Shown one piece after another: positions 1 through 11,339 of a DNA stretch of 64,000 bases. Position 1 is the stretch's first letter; every line of letters begins with the position of its first letter. A program made the translations under genes and the position numbers. The stretch lies in NCBI RefSeq assembly GCF_018350175.1, contig NC_058368.1:11594001-11658000 (forward strand). The letters run 5' to 3'. Below the pieces are notes generated by a model. The model ran no database searches, was not told the DNA's origin, and saw only the letters and a list, made by a program, of their open reading frames with translations. Source of the stretch: Felis catus (lineage: Eukaryota).

Positions 1-173
1 AGCTTACAGATGGATGGTATGCCATTAAGGCCCAGCTAGATCCTCCCCTCTTAGCTCTTGTGAAGAAGGGCAGACTGACCGTGGGTCATAAGATCATTAT
101 TCATGGAGCAGAACTGGCGGGCTCCCCCGATGCCTGCACACCACTCGAAGCCCCAGAATCTCTTATATTAAAG
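1..173 (+). CDS. BRCA2: BRCA2 exon 18 (3' part; window starts inside the exon), OB1 region of the DNA-binding domain
   Basis: Translates (E)[57 protein letters not shown], recognisable BRCA2 OB1; donor AAG|gtaaat at 173/174. Confidence 0.97.
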
Positions 174-576
174 GTAAATTAAATTAATGCACACTCTTGG
201 TAAAAATCAGTAACTGATTCAGTTACATTCTAGGGAGGTTTTACATTCTAAATTTTAAAATTATGCCTGTTAAAGATGCTCCATTTCTTGAAAACGTACT
301 GGTAATCTTAATATAAGTGGCAAATTTCTGAGACTTAAATTTTTTTGTGCTGTTTTTGGGAAATCCAGAGATATTTATCAAGCTAAAATAATGCAGGAGC
401 AAATATGTACCAGATTTGATTTTGTGCTATGGGTACCTATAGCCCTTGGTGCCGTCTTGTTCTCATAGTACCGCTCTGCTTCCACCCTGATTACTCCATT
501 AGACCTATATTCCAGTGTGATTAGAGAATTTGGTTTCAGTGATTCTTAAATATATAATAATAAAATGTACGCTTCT

Positions 577-796
577 GGAGCACCGGGTTGGCTCAGTCAG
601 TTAAGCATCCGACTCTTGGTTTCCGCTCAAGTCACGATCTCACAGTTTGTGGCTTTGAGACCCACATTGGGCTCTGTGCTCACAACTTGGAGCCTGTTTG
701 GGATTCTGTCTCTCCCTCTCTCTCTCTCTCTGCCCCTCCCCTGCACACACTCACTCTCACTCTCTCTCAAAATAAGTAAACTTAAAAAAAAAAAAA
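577..796 (+). mobile_element. Can-SINE (SINEC, tRNA-derived)
   Basis: ggagcaccgggttggctcagtcagttaagc head, (CT)n tract, A tail. Confidence 0.92.
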
Positions 797-1099
797 CATA
801 AACCATATCTTTCATCTCCATGTAAACTTTAGCCTACACAATAGGACTTTGTCATATTGAATAGTCTACAATACTGATATAAGAAATTACTAATATTGCA
901 CAGATTCACTTATGAGATAATCTTATAAATAGTTTACTTCTGTTGTATTCTGAAAGTCATTTTATAAGTGACTTAAACATTTTTAAGGTAAAGAGATACT
1001 TTGTCATTGTGTTGCTTTTAGAAATCAAGCTGAAACAGGCTTCTGTTGTTTAGGATATCAAAGTTGCAGTGGCTTTCAGTGTTTTGTTTATATCAAATC

Positions 1100-2990
1100 A
1101 GTGCATGTGCATAATTTCAAAACTCATATAACATAAGGCTTATGACCACCACCACCCCCCCCCCCCCACGAAGCAGTCATTGATGCCATCCTGCCTAACC
1201 TCCATTCAGTGCTCCCCAAAGGCAATGACTTTGAATCCCTTTGGCACTTTCTTTTCTTTATATTGTGATGTCGTCTTTTCTCCTTCTGTTTAGACATTAA
1301 CTATTAGCTTCCTGCTCTGAGGTTGAGGAGTGAAGTCTCTATTCACTGTTTATAATGACTGAAAAATATTTTTGCAGCTCAGCATGTAATATACTAACTA
1401 CATTTTCTATACAACCTACTGCTTTCCTGGAGTTAACTGTCTTGCTGTTGTGTGTGCATGTGTGTATTTTTAATTTTGTGTCCTTATCACCAACTCATGC
1501 CCATACGAGAGACATAATTAAAAACCATATCAGTCTGTTACAATACCTTTATCAATTCCATTTCTTTTTCTTGGAGACCTCTGGGACCTCTTTACACTCT
1601 TTCATTCTGAAGTGGTTATCTTCTATGTATGCGAACCTGTTACCATCCTGGAAATTATTTTTATCTCTTTCTGTGTTGGAAGCCCTGTTTTCTGGATATC
1701 ACATCTATATGGATTTATTCTCTAGCTCTGAGGGCACATAACCAACCCCCACAGACTTCTTCACAGAGGGAGCATGTAGCTTTTTCTTTGATCTTATTGT
1801 AAGATGACTGAATATAGAATTTGAATTGGAAATAGCTTCTTCAGAATTTTGAAGACATTTTCTCTATTATCTTCTTGCTTCTGGTATAGTTTCTGCTCAG
1901 TTCTGTGCTATTCTTACTCGCAGTCCTTCACTATATTATCTGTTTCTAAGATCTGTTTGAAGATCATTTGTCTGCAGTATCTGGAAATTTCACAGTAAGG
2001 TACTTTGGTATTGGCCTGTCTTTTAAAATCATCATTTGGGTACAATCATTGAGTTCTAGGAAATTTTCTTGAAGTAGTTCTTTGATAATTTCTTCCTCCT
2101 CCATTTTTTCCTTACCAATTTTCCTGAACTAATATTTGGGCAGTAGGCCTCTCTGATTGGTCTTCTGATTTTTCTCATCTTTTCTCCTATATTCTATTTT
2201 ATTGTCTTTGTTCCTCCTACTTTCTAGTTCTAATTTTCTAATCCCTAAAGTGAATTTGTGCCTATTGGCATAATTTTCCATTTTCAAGAGCCCTTCATTA
2301 TTCCCTGAATGTTTCTTTTTTTATTACATCCCATTCTTGTTTCATAGATCCAACATCTTCTCATGTTTCTCAAGCTATTAATATTGTGTTTTATCTTAGT
2401 TTTTTCTGCTCACTGCATTTTTTTCCCCTATGATGTCTCTTTTTTGTTTGTTTGGGTCGCATGTTGGAGAATTCCTTCAACTGGTAATTGTTAGCTGTTC
2501 TTTCCTCTTCAAGAGTGGGGCACTAATGAGCTGATCAGAAGCTCTGTGTGAGGTGGGCTTTGTCAACTTGTAGCGTGATAAGACAGGGCTTGTGTTTTCA
2601 TTAGGAGACCCTCAAATATCAGTCACTGGTCTGAGAGCTGAACAGAATAAGAAAACCAATAGACTCATTTTCAGCATAAGGATTTTCATTGCATTTTTTG
2701 TTTTCAGTATAGAATCTCACCCTCACCCCAGCTGTCTCTGCCTTGTGTTCCAGAGCCCAGGATATGTATAATTCAGCTTGTCAAGAAAGTAAATTGTCCT
2801 GGGTTCTTCTTGGTGTGAGAGAAGGACAGTCACCAGGCTGCTCGGGTTAGGAAATGAAATCTGAGGTCTTAACTATCTTTATACAAAATCTCAACCATTC
2901 TTTCTGTTTTCGGCTGCACCTCACACTCCTTCCTCCAGAGGTACCTGTTGCCTCCAAATTCTAAGTGATTTCCCTAAATTATTTTCTTCC
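1100..2990 (-). mobile_element. Old degraded L1-type (L1M/HAL1-like) fragments
   Basis: T-rich antisense L1-like motifs (e.g. gaatatagaatt...tcagaattttgaagac); boundaries approximate. Confidence 0.5.
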
Positions 2991-2999
2991 ATATTGGCT

Positions 3000-3200
3000 C
3001 CATACAAGTTTGCCAGCTGAGTAATGTTGGGCAGGTTATACTTCAGTTTTGTCATCTGTAAAATGGGAATAGGAATGAAGCAGGAGTATGGAATGGGAGT
3101 AAGGATTGTTGTAAGGATTAACTGTTAATAGACATAAGGTACTTAACACTATCCAGGCACCATGATAAGTGTTTTATGAATGTTTGCTATTTTTATTAAC
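3000..3200. mobile_element. MIR
   Basis: cttcagttttgtcatctgtaaaatgggaata...gttgtaaggatta core. Confidence 0.75.
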
Positions 3201-3630
3201 ATTTCTCGGGCTGCTTCGTTACTTACCACCAGGTGTCCAGTAGGCTTTTAGCTTCCAAAATTTTGCCAGTGTCTCATCCATTGTCCTCCTGTCTCCAGTT
3301 CTCTTTATCCTTGTAGGATTTTTGAGGGAACCTAGGTAAATAAGTACATTTTAATCCATCATGTTTAATTTGGAGTCTCTTTTATTCATTTTCTAATACT
3401 AATATTTAGATTAATATTTAGATTAAGACTATAACAGCATAAACAATTTTTTGAGAGACTATATTTTGAAAGCCTTTTCACTTTTGTATAATTTTTGTAC
3501 TGTCTTTTCTTCATGGGACTTTTAAAAGTGAATATGTTTGAATGAATGGAAGAATTAATGAAAATGTTATAAAATCTGAAATAGAGTTGGATATAAACTT
3601 AGAAGTTGATTTGTCCATTAATTTGTCCAG

Positions 3631-3786
3631 ATATCTGCGAATAGTACTCGGCCTGCTTGCTGGTATGCCAAACTTGGATTCTTTCCTGATCCTAGACCTT
3701 TCCCTCTCCCCTTGTCATCACTTTTTAGTGACGGAGGAAACGTTGGTTGTGTTGATGTAGTTATTCAAAGAACATACCCCATACAG
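3631..3786 (+). CDS. BRCA2: BRCA2 exon 19 (156 nt)
   Basis: tccag|ATATCT...ATACAG|gtatgg; [52 protein letters not shown]; phase 0/0. Confidence 0.97.
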
Positions 3787-3889
3787 GTATGGTACATTTT
3801 TGACGTTCACTATGTATTTCTTTTTGGGGGGACAGTTAATTTGAATGATCCCTTCCTACCATGTACTTTTGCTTCACACATCATTACAG

Positions 3890-4034
3890 TGGATGGAGAA
3901 GACTCCATCTGGATTATGCATATTTCGCAATGAAAGAGAGGAAGAGAGGGAGGCGACAAAATATGCAGAGGCCCAACAAAAGAAGCTAGAAGTCTTATTC
4001 AATAAAATTCAAGCAGAATTTGAAAAGCATGACG
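3890..4034 (+). CDS. BRCA2: BRCA2 exon 20 (145 nt)
   Basis: ttacag|TGGATG...GACG|gtaaga; [48 protein letters not shown]; preceding intron is 103 nt. Confidence 0.97.
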
Positions 4035-4216
4035 GTAAGATGGGTTGTATACTGTAAGTTGTTTTAAATAGGACAAGTTTTGTTTTCTTTTAATTAGACG
4101 TTTTAGAGACTTCTCTGATTTAACTTTTGTAATTGGGTGAATTGTCTTTGAGTAATAGACTTCTTTTTCCTATTCTAGATCTGACTTTTTAAGTTTTTTA
4201 AAAAAAATACTACAGA

Positions 4217-4442
4217 GGGGCACCTGGGTGGTTCAGTCAGTTAAGCGTCCAACTCTTGGTTTTGGCTCAGGTCATGATCTCACAGTTTGTGGCTTCAAGC
4301 CCCGTGAGGGGCTCTACGCTGACACCATGGACCTTGCTTGGGATTCTCTCTCTCCCTCTCTGTCTGCCCCTCCCCTGCATGCTTGTGTGTGTGTACACTC
4401 TCTCAAATCATAAATAAATAAACTTAAAAAATAAAAATAAAA
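4217..4442 (+). mobile_element. Can-SINE
   Basis: ggggcacctgggtggttcagtcagttaagcg head and A-rich tail. Confidence 0.93.
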
Positions 4443-4599
4443 GTATTACCTAGATACACGGATAAACATTGAACTGACCCCAAATTATCACCTCATTATT
4501 CAACACACTGAACTTTTAGATACTTGTAATTGTCTTAGGCAAGAAAACATTTTATAACCACAGCCCTTTTCAGAAGTCTTGTTTTTGTTACAAAAAAAA

Positions 4600-4807
4600 T
4601 TTTTAACGTTTGTTTATTTTTGAGAAGCAGAGAGAGATAGAGCATGAGCAGGGGAGGGATAGAGAGAGGGAGACACAGAATCTGAAGCAGACTGCAGCCT
4701 CTGAGCTGTCAGCACAGAGCCTGACACAGAGCTTGAACCCACAAACCGTGAGATCATGACCTGAGCCAAAGTCAGAAGCTTAACTGACTGGGCCGCCCAG
4801 GCGCCCC
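4600..4807 (-). mobile_element. Can-SINE (SINEC_Fc-like)
   Basis: Reverse SINE ending ...ccaggcgcccc; TSD-like cttttcag(a/t)agtctt on both sides. Confidence 0.93.
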
Positions 4808-4954
4808 TCACTTTTCAGTAGTCTTAAGTAAACTTCCTCTTAAGCTTCAGTACCAAAATATTTATAGTGCCCCTTTTTTGGCCCTAGAGAAACAATAGCA
4901 ACAAGGGAAGAAACTGCCAAATTCTTTTACCTCAGACAAATAGTGTATGGTACC

Positions 4955-5255
4955 GTTTATATGTGGAATATAACAAAGTCAGACTTACAAAACTATAGTA
5001 AAATGGTGGTTACCAGGGAATGAGGGGGTAGGGGGGTAAAACTGATGGTGTTTAAGGATCAAACTTAACAATGAGCAGTAAATAAGCTGTGGTGATCCAA
5101 TGCACAGTATAATGAATATAGACAATATTGTACTACTGTGCTGTGGTAAATATCAATACAATGGCAATCATATTAACTATATAATTACATCAAAACAACA
5201 CATAAGCCTTAAATTTACACATTGTTATATGTCATATATATCGAATACACAAGAA
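4955..5255 (+). mobile_element. L1M 3' end fragment
   Basis: tatatgtggaatat...atggtggttaccaggg...ccttaaatttacac, typical L1MA/MB 3' UTR. Confidence 0.75.
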
Positions 5256-5833
5256 AGATAAACACTCAAAAAACAATTATTTTCCCTAAGCTATTCATCA
5301 TTTTCTTTCTTCATTGCCCTTATCTACTTTATATAACTTTTGCATTTTTGTTGTTGTGGTTGTTGGTTGTCATGTTATTACATCTGGAGCTAGATCTTGT
5401 TTCCCTGGCATCAATTTTAATATATCATAGTGTTTTTTACATAAAGGACATGATGATTTGTTTTTTTATCTATTTTTATGGCTGAAAATTTTATGTTCTG
5501 CATTTTTTCATGATTTTCAACTTCATTTTCTATATAAATCTGTGGAAAAATTGAACTGTTCATTTTTGATTCACCAGTTCATGCTGTTTTCATGATTAAA
5601 TGAGTCATGAAATCATTTACTTAATTTACAAATTTGACTCTAAACTCTCTGTGTGACAATTTTTTAAACCAGGCGTGAGTACACTAGTTTCACATTTTCC
5701 TAGAAAACTTGTGGCAGATAAATTGTGTTTTGCTTTTTAGCCTCCCTTCTTTGGGTACTTTTTGCTTATTTCTCCAATCTTCAGTGTTCTTAAAAATTTG
5801 TGGGTCAGCTAATTAGTGATGCTTTATTCCTAG

Positions 5834-5955
5834 AAAATATAACGAAACGATGTGTACCATTACGTGCATTAACAAGACAGCAAGTCTGTGCTCTGCAAGA
5901 TGGTGCAGAGCTTTATGAAGCGGTGAAGAACGCACCAGACCCGGCTTCCCTTGAG
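5834..5955 (+). CDS. BRCA2: BRCA2 exon 21 (122 nt), tower domain
   Basis: tcctag|AAAATA...CTTGAG|gtgaga; [40 protein letters not shown]. Confidence 0.97.
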
Positions 5956-6160
5956 GTGAGAGAGTAAGAGGGCACACAGCGAGTCTTAACCTTAATCCTT
6001 TAAGGTGGGAAGCTGCTGTCGGTCTTCTGGCCATTACAGGAGGTGCTGTATTGAATTGGTGTTTCTCAGAGATGATGCGTGCATCTCTGGAGTGCTCAGT
6101 GATGTGCCAAACCAGTGCATTTCAGTTCTATACCAAATGGAGGACAGAGGGATTAAATAA

Positions 6161-6352
6161 TTTTTTTTAACGTCTATTTATTTTTGAGAGTGGCGGAGGA
6201 GGGATAGAGAGAGGGAGACACGGGATGTGAAGCAGGCTCCAGGCTCTGAGCTGTCAGCACAGAGCCCGACGTGGGGGCTCCAACTCACGAACTGTGAGGT
6301 CATGACCTGAGCTGAAGTCGAACGCTTCACCAACTGAGCCACCCAAGCACCC
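6161..6352 (-). mobile_element. Can-SINE
   Basis: Reverse SINE: gcaggctccaggctctgagctgtcagcacagagccc. Confidence 0.92.
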
Positions 6353-7539
6353 TTTAAATAATTTTATGTATTAAATAAACATGGCTTCAAATACAGGCAA
6401 AACTTGTTTACTTTTCAGATAAAACAAGTATCTTCAAAGCAGTGTCTCAGTTGCCATGTTCTCACCTGCTTCTCAGATCCTACCTAGAGTTTATTTGATA
6501 ATCCTCTAAGAATATTTTGGTGGAAAAGTGTCAGAAGCACTAAATTGTGTTAGATTCACGGCTATGCCATTTATTAGACAACTGGGCATAAAATAGCTAT
6601 AAAATGGGCATAAAATAAGTTGGGGATCAAGTTAGATAATAAATGCAAAAATGTACTGTTATAAAGTTCCATTATCAATGTTAGTTACTATTATCAGAAC
6701 ATCATTTATTAAGGTAAGCTGCCTCCTAAGTTTTTAGACACCTGGGTATCTAGTTAATGCAAATTCTGGGATTAGTTGGCTAGATAGGAGGGGAAGTTTT
6801 AAGAAAACTGTTGTTTATTGATTAATCTCGTTTATTTGATGGCAATAAATCTGGTTGATAGCCTTAACTTTCTTAACTAGTAGGACTACGAAATAAACAG
6901 CACTCCGTTAGGAGAGAAGTGCTCTTCTGAATAGAATTCCTTCATTTTACCAAATGTTACAACTGAGATTCACCCTGTGAGGAGTGTCAAGGGAAAAATC
7001 TGTGAGTGGCTTGATCACTAGGTCCTAGGAGTATATGATTCTGGAGCTTTCACTTAGATAAAGTTGTTAATGCAATTCTTGGAGGGAAAGATAGCCATCC
7101 ATTTCCAAGAGACCTCGTCAAAAGGGTTTGTTTTCAGTGACAGTGTTGAGTGTTGGAAGACTTTGGAATCACAGTTTGGTTTTTTTAATCGTGTTTAGAC
7201 ACTCTTCATATTTAGAAAGACCTTTTCAGGGCACAGAGATTCCGTAGTTTCCCTTCCCACTGTGGATATTAACACGTGTGAGGCAGCAGCTATCTAGTGT
7301 GCTCTGTGTTGGGATTCTATTTCCTGTTTCATTTGATTTTATTTTTTGTTCATTCGTTTTTGTTATACTGAGTAAGCATCCGAAGAGATACAGACAGCAA
7401 TGTGCTAAAATGACTGGGAGAGAAGTGTGGAGGCAGAGAGAAGTGCTTGTAGCACATGTCTGTTTTCAGTCATATCTGCTATTCCAGAGAGTTAATAAAG
7501 TTGTACTGCAGCGGGGTAAGAATGGGAGCTCTTGAACTG

Positions 7540-7720
7540 CCTCTCCCTGTATGCCCTGCAAGTGATTCATTCTCTCTGCATCAGTTTCATCATCCATAAC
7601 ATGCAAACAATACAGTGCCTACCTCCACGGGGTTACTGTAAGGATTAAATGAATTAATACATTTATCACACACAGATCCATTCCTCAAATATAGGGAGCA
7701 TTCAAATGTCAGCCATTTGT
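7540..7720. mobile_element. MIR
   Basis: ctctgcatcagtttcatcatcc...acctccacggggttactgtaaggattaaatga. Confidence 0.7.
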
Positions 7721-7936
7721 AATGTTGATGACAGTTATGATTATTACGGTACATTTATAAGTAGGGGGTTATTTTGGCCCTGGGGAAATTTGTCACAAAG
7801 ATAGGTGAACAGTCTAAGGCACCTGAAAATATTTGTTATGTGATAAGCTAAGTACATTAATCTCAATTTTTATATTGTCGTATTATTAAAGTGAACTCAG
7901 TTCTGTCGTATTTTATCCCCATTTAAAGAGATTCAT

Positions 7937-8065
7937 GGGTCGCCTGGGTGGCTCAGTCGGTTAAGCATCCAACTTCAGCTCAGGTCATGATCTCACATGG
8001 TCCGTGAGTTCGAATCCCGCATCGGGCTCTGTGCTGACAGCTCAGAGCCTAGGACCTGCTTCGAA

Positions 8066-8149
<84 letters not shown>

Positions 8150-8228
8150 TGCGTCTTTGTGCCTCTCCCCCACTCACGCTCTGCCTCTCTCCCTCTCAAA
8201 AATAAATAAACATTACAAAATAAATAAA
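7937..8228 (+). mobile_element. Can-SINE with internal expanded (TG)n(CT)n microsatellite
   Basis: SINE head and tail; (TG)~21 at 8068-8110 then (CT)~18; TSD aaagag(a/g)ttcat. Confidence 0.93.
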
Positions 8229-8315
8229 GAGGTTCATTTACAGTGGATGAGGTTTTTTTGTTTTGTTTGCCTTTTATTCTAATAAAATTTGCCTTAATAA
8301 ATTAAATGATCATAG

Positions 8316-8514
8316 GCTTATTTCAGTGAAGAGCAGATAAGAGCTTTGAATAATCACAGACAGATGTTGAATGATAAGAAGCAAGCACAGATCCAGCTGG
8401 AATTCAGGAAGGCTATGGAATCTGCTGAGCAAGGAGAACAAATGTTACCAAGGGATGTTACAACTGTGTGGAAGATGCGTATCATAAGCTATGGGAAAAA
8501 AGAAAAAGATTCAG
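8316..8514 (+). CDS. BRCA2: BRCA2 exon 22 (199 nt)
   Basis: tcatag|GCTTAT...TTCAG|gtcagt; [66 protein letters not shown]. Confidence 0.96.
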
Positions 8515-8693
8515 GTCAGTATGTAAATTTTTTTAAGTTCAAGTACTATTTATTAACAAAATGACTTCAAGTGCTAAAGTATAAAGTCAACATGTATCAG
8601 AGGAGCAAAAGTGGGCTACCAGTGCCCACAAGATAATGATATAATCCTTGGATCTTTGTTGTTACCATATTTGTTTTATAAGAATTTTAATGA

Positions 8694-8942
<249 letters not shown>

Positions 8943-8984
8943 TAGTTTAGAGAATCTACATACGCTGATTTTTTTTTCTTGTAG

Positions 8985-9123
8985 GCTTCAGATGAACTCC
9001 TATTCCAAGTTTATCAGCCGAGGGAGCCCCTTTACTTTAACAAACTATTGGATCCAGACTTCCAGCCACCTTGTTCTGAGGTGGACTTAATAGGATTTGT
9101 AGTTTCTGTTGTGAAAAAAATAG
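8985..9123 (+). CDS. BRCA2: BRCA2 exon 24 (139 nt)
   Basis: ttgtag|GCTTCA...ATAG|gtaatc; [46 protein letters not shown]; preceding intron is 87 nt. Confidence 0.97.
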
Positions 9124-9143
9124 GTAATCCACAGTGTATTTTT

Positions 9144-9526
9144 TTTTATTTCTTTTTTTTTCTTGTTGTTATTTTTTTTAATGTACATCCAAGTTAGCAT
9201 ATAGTGCAACAATGATTTCAGGAGTAGATTCCTTAATTCCCCTTACCCATTTAGCCCATCTCCCCTCCCACACCCCTTCCAGGAACCCTCTGTTTGTTCT
9301 CCATATTTAAGTCTCGTATGTTTTGTCCCCCTCCCTGTTTTTATATTATTTTTGCTTCCCTTCCATTGTGTTCATCTGTTCTGTGTCTTAAAGTCCTCAT
9401 ATAAGTGCAGTCCTGTGATATTTGTCTCTCTCTGACTGACTTCGCTTACTGTAATACCCTCTATTCCATCACGTAGTTGTAAATGGCCAGATTTCATTCT
9501 TTTTGATTGCCAAGTAATACTCCAGT

Positions 9527-9587
<61 letters not shown>

Positions 9588-10192
9588 CCACATCTTCTTT
9601 ATCCATTCATCCATCGATGGACATTTGGACTCTTTCCACACTTTGGCTATTGTGGATAGTGCTGCTATAAACATGGGGTGCATGTGCCCCTTCAAAACAG
9701 CATACCTGTATCCCTTGGATAAATACCTAGTAGTGCAATTGCTGGGTCGTAGGGTAGTTCTATTTTTAGTTTTTGAGGAACCTCCATACTGTTTTCCAGA
9801 GTGGCTGCACCAGTTTGCATTCCCACCAGCAGTGCAAAAGAGATCCTCTTTCTCCCCATCCTCACCAACATCTGTTGTTACCTGAGTTGTTAATGTTTGC
9901 CACTTACAGGTGTGAGATGGTATCTTATTGTGGTTTTGATTTCTATTTCCCTGATGAGGAGTGAAGTTGAGCATTTCTTCATGTGCTGGTTGGCCATCTA
10001 GATGTCTTCTTTGGACAGGTGTCTATTCATGTCTTCTGCCCATTTCTTTACTAGATTATTTGTTTATTGGGTGTTGAGTTTGGTAAGTTCTTTATGGATG
10101 TTGGATACTAGCCCTTTATCTGATATGTCGTTTGCAAATATCTTCTCCCATTCTGTCGGCTGCCTTTTAGTTTTGCTGATTGTTTCCTTTGC
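9144..10192 (-). mobile_element. 5'-truncated felid/carnivore L1 (3' ~1.05 kb) with internal (TG)n
   Basis: Poly-T, 3' UTR and ORF2 C-terminal remnant (…MFIAALSTIAKVWKESKCPSMDEWIKKMW); 16-nt TSD tccac(a/g)gtgtattttt at 9128-9143 and 10193-10208. Confidence 0.93.
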
Positions 10193-10250
10193 TCCACGGT
10201 GTATTTTTAATTGTAGCTTTTTATGAATGCTTTTGGAAAATGTTATCTTT

Positions 10251-10463
10251 TTTTTTTTTTCAACGTTTATTTATTTTTGGGACAGAGAGAGAGATAGCAT
10301 GAACGGGGGAGGGGCAGAGAGAGAGGGAGACACAGAATCGGAAACAAGCTCCAGGCTCTGAGCCATCAGCCCAGAGCCCGACGCGGGGCTCGAACTCACA
10401 GACCGCGAGATCGTGACCTGGCTGAAGTCGGACGCTTAACCGACTGTGCCACCCAGGCGCCCC
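10251..10463 (-). mobile_element. Young felid SINE (SINEC_Fc)
   Basis: CpG-rich, consensus-like; TSD ggaaaat(g/a)ttatcttt. Confidence 0.95.
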
Positions 10464-10769
10464 GGAAAATATTATCTTTTAAAATTTGTCTTCCTTAAGA
10501 TTAATTGGAGTTACAAATCAGCAAATTTAGTGACTAGCGATTTGAAAGTAGGCCTGTGTTAACCTCAATTCTTCATGAACAGCAATTCTACAGTATTACA
10601 GGGAAAGAACCTACATCCTATTCTGTGCTATTTAATTTTAAAGAAGTTGCTAGGAATGTTTTGTGGCATTTGAATGGTTACTGGGTAAATAATTATAACT
10701 TCCCTCTATAGTTTATTGAGCACTCAAACCTCCACCTCCCGCTTCTCTGCCATATCCCTCATATCCCAA

Positions 10770-11080
10770 ATAATGTCTGTTGTTCTAAAGCCAACTTTGT
10801 TTATTTAGTGTGGCCGCTCCAACTTTTGTATGGTTAGTACTTGTTTGTATGGTACATCTTTTCCCACCTGGTATTTTTAACCTGTCAACATCTTTATATT
10901 TAAATTGGGTTTCTGGAAGACAGCCCAGTTGGATCTTGCTTTCTTATCCAGCGTGAGGGTCTCTGGTCTTTTAACTGGTTTGTTTAATCTGATCAACTTT
11001 AATGTGATTATTAGCATGGTTGGATTAAAATGTACCTACCACCTTGCTAGCTAGCTATTTTCCCTGTGTCCCATTAGTTC
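10770..11080 (-). mobile_element. Old L1 ORF2 (endonuclease region) fragment
   Basis: ccaacttttgtatggttagtacttgtttgtatggtacatcttttcc...gttggatcttgctttcttatcca. Confidence 0.65.
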
Positions 11081-11084
11081 CCTG

Positions 11085-11245
11085 TGTTGGAAGGTTATTC
11101 TCTGTGATGTTCCTACACATTTTGTAGCAGCCATTGTCTCAGACTCTCACTTCAAGAATGCTTATATAGCAAAAAGATCTTGGAAGGATGGAGATCGTGT
11201 CTGCCTCCAACACAGAGGGCACATTTATTTCCCAACCAGGGAATC
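11085..11245. mobile_element. ERV LTR fragment (MER68/MER77-like by recall)
   Basis: tgttggaaggttattctc...ttcaagaatgcttatatagc...ggagatcgtgtctgcctcc. Confidence 0.45.
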
Positions 11246-11339
11246 TGGTCTCTTTTTCTGTGTGTTTGATTTTTTTTTTCTTGTTTATTGTTGTTGTTAT
11301 TGTCGTTGTTTAAATTCCATGGGTGAGATTCTGATTGTA

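Noticed and set aside
565..821. Recurrent 60-100 aa ORFs such as MAQSVKHPTL/GAPGWLS (also near 4228, 4614, 7993, 19011, 32381, 36394, 42647)
   Set aside because: All are chance translations of Can-SINEs
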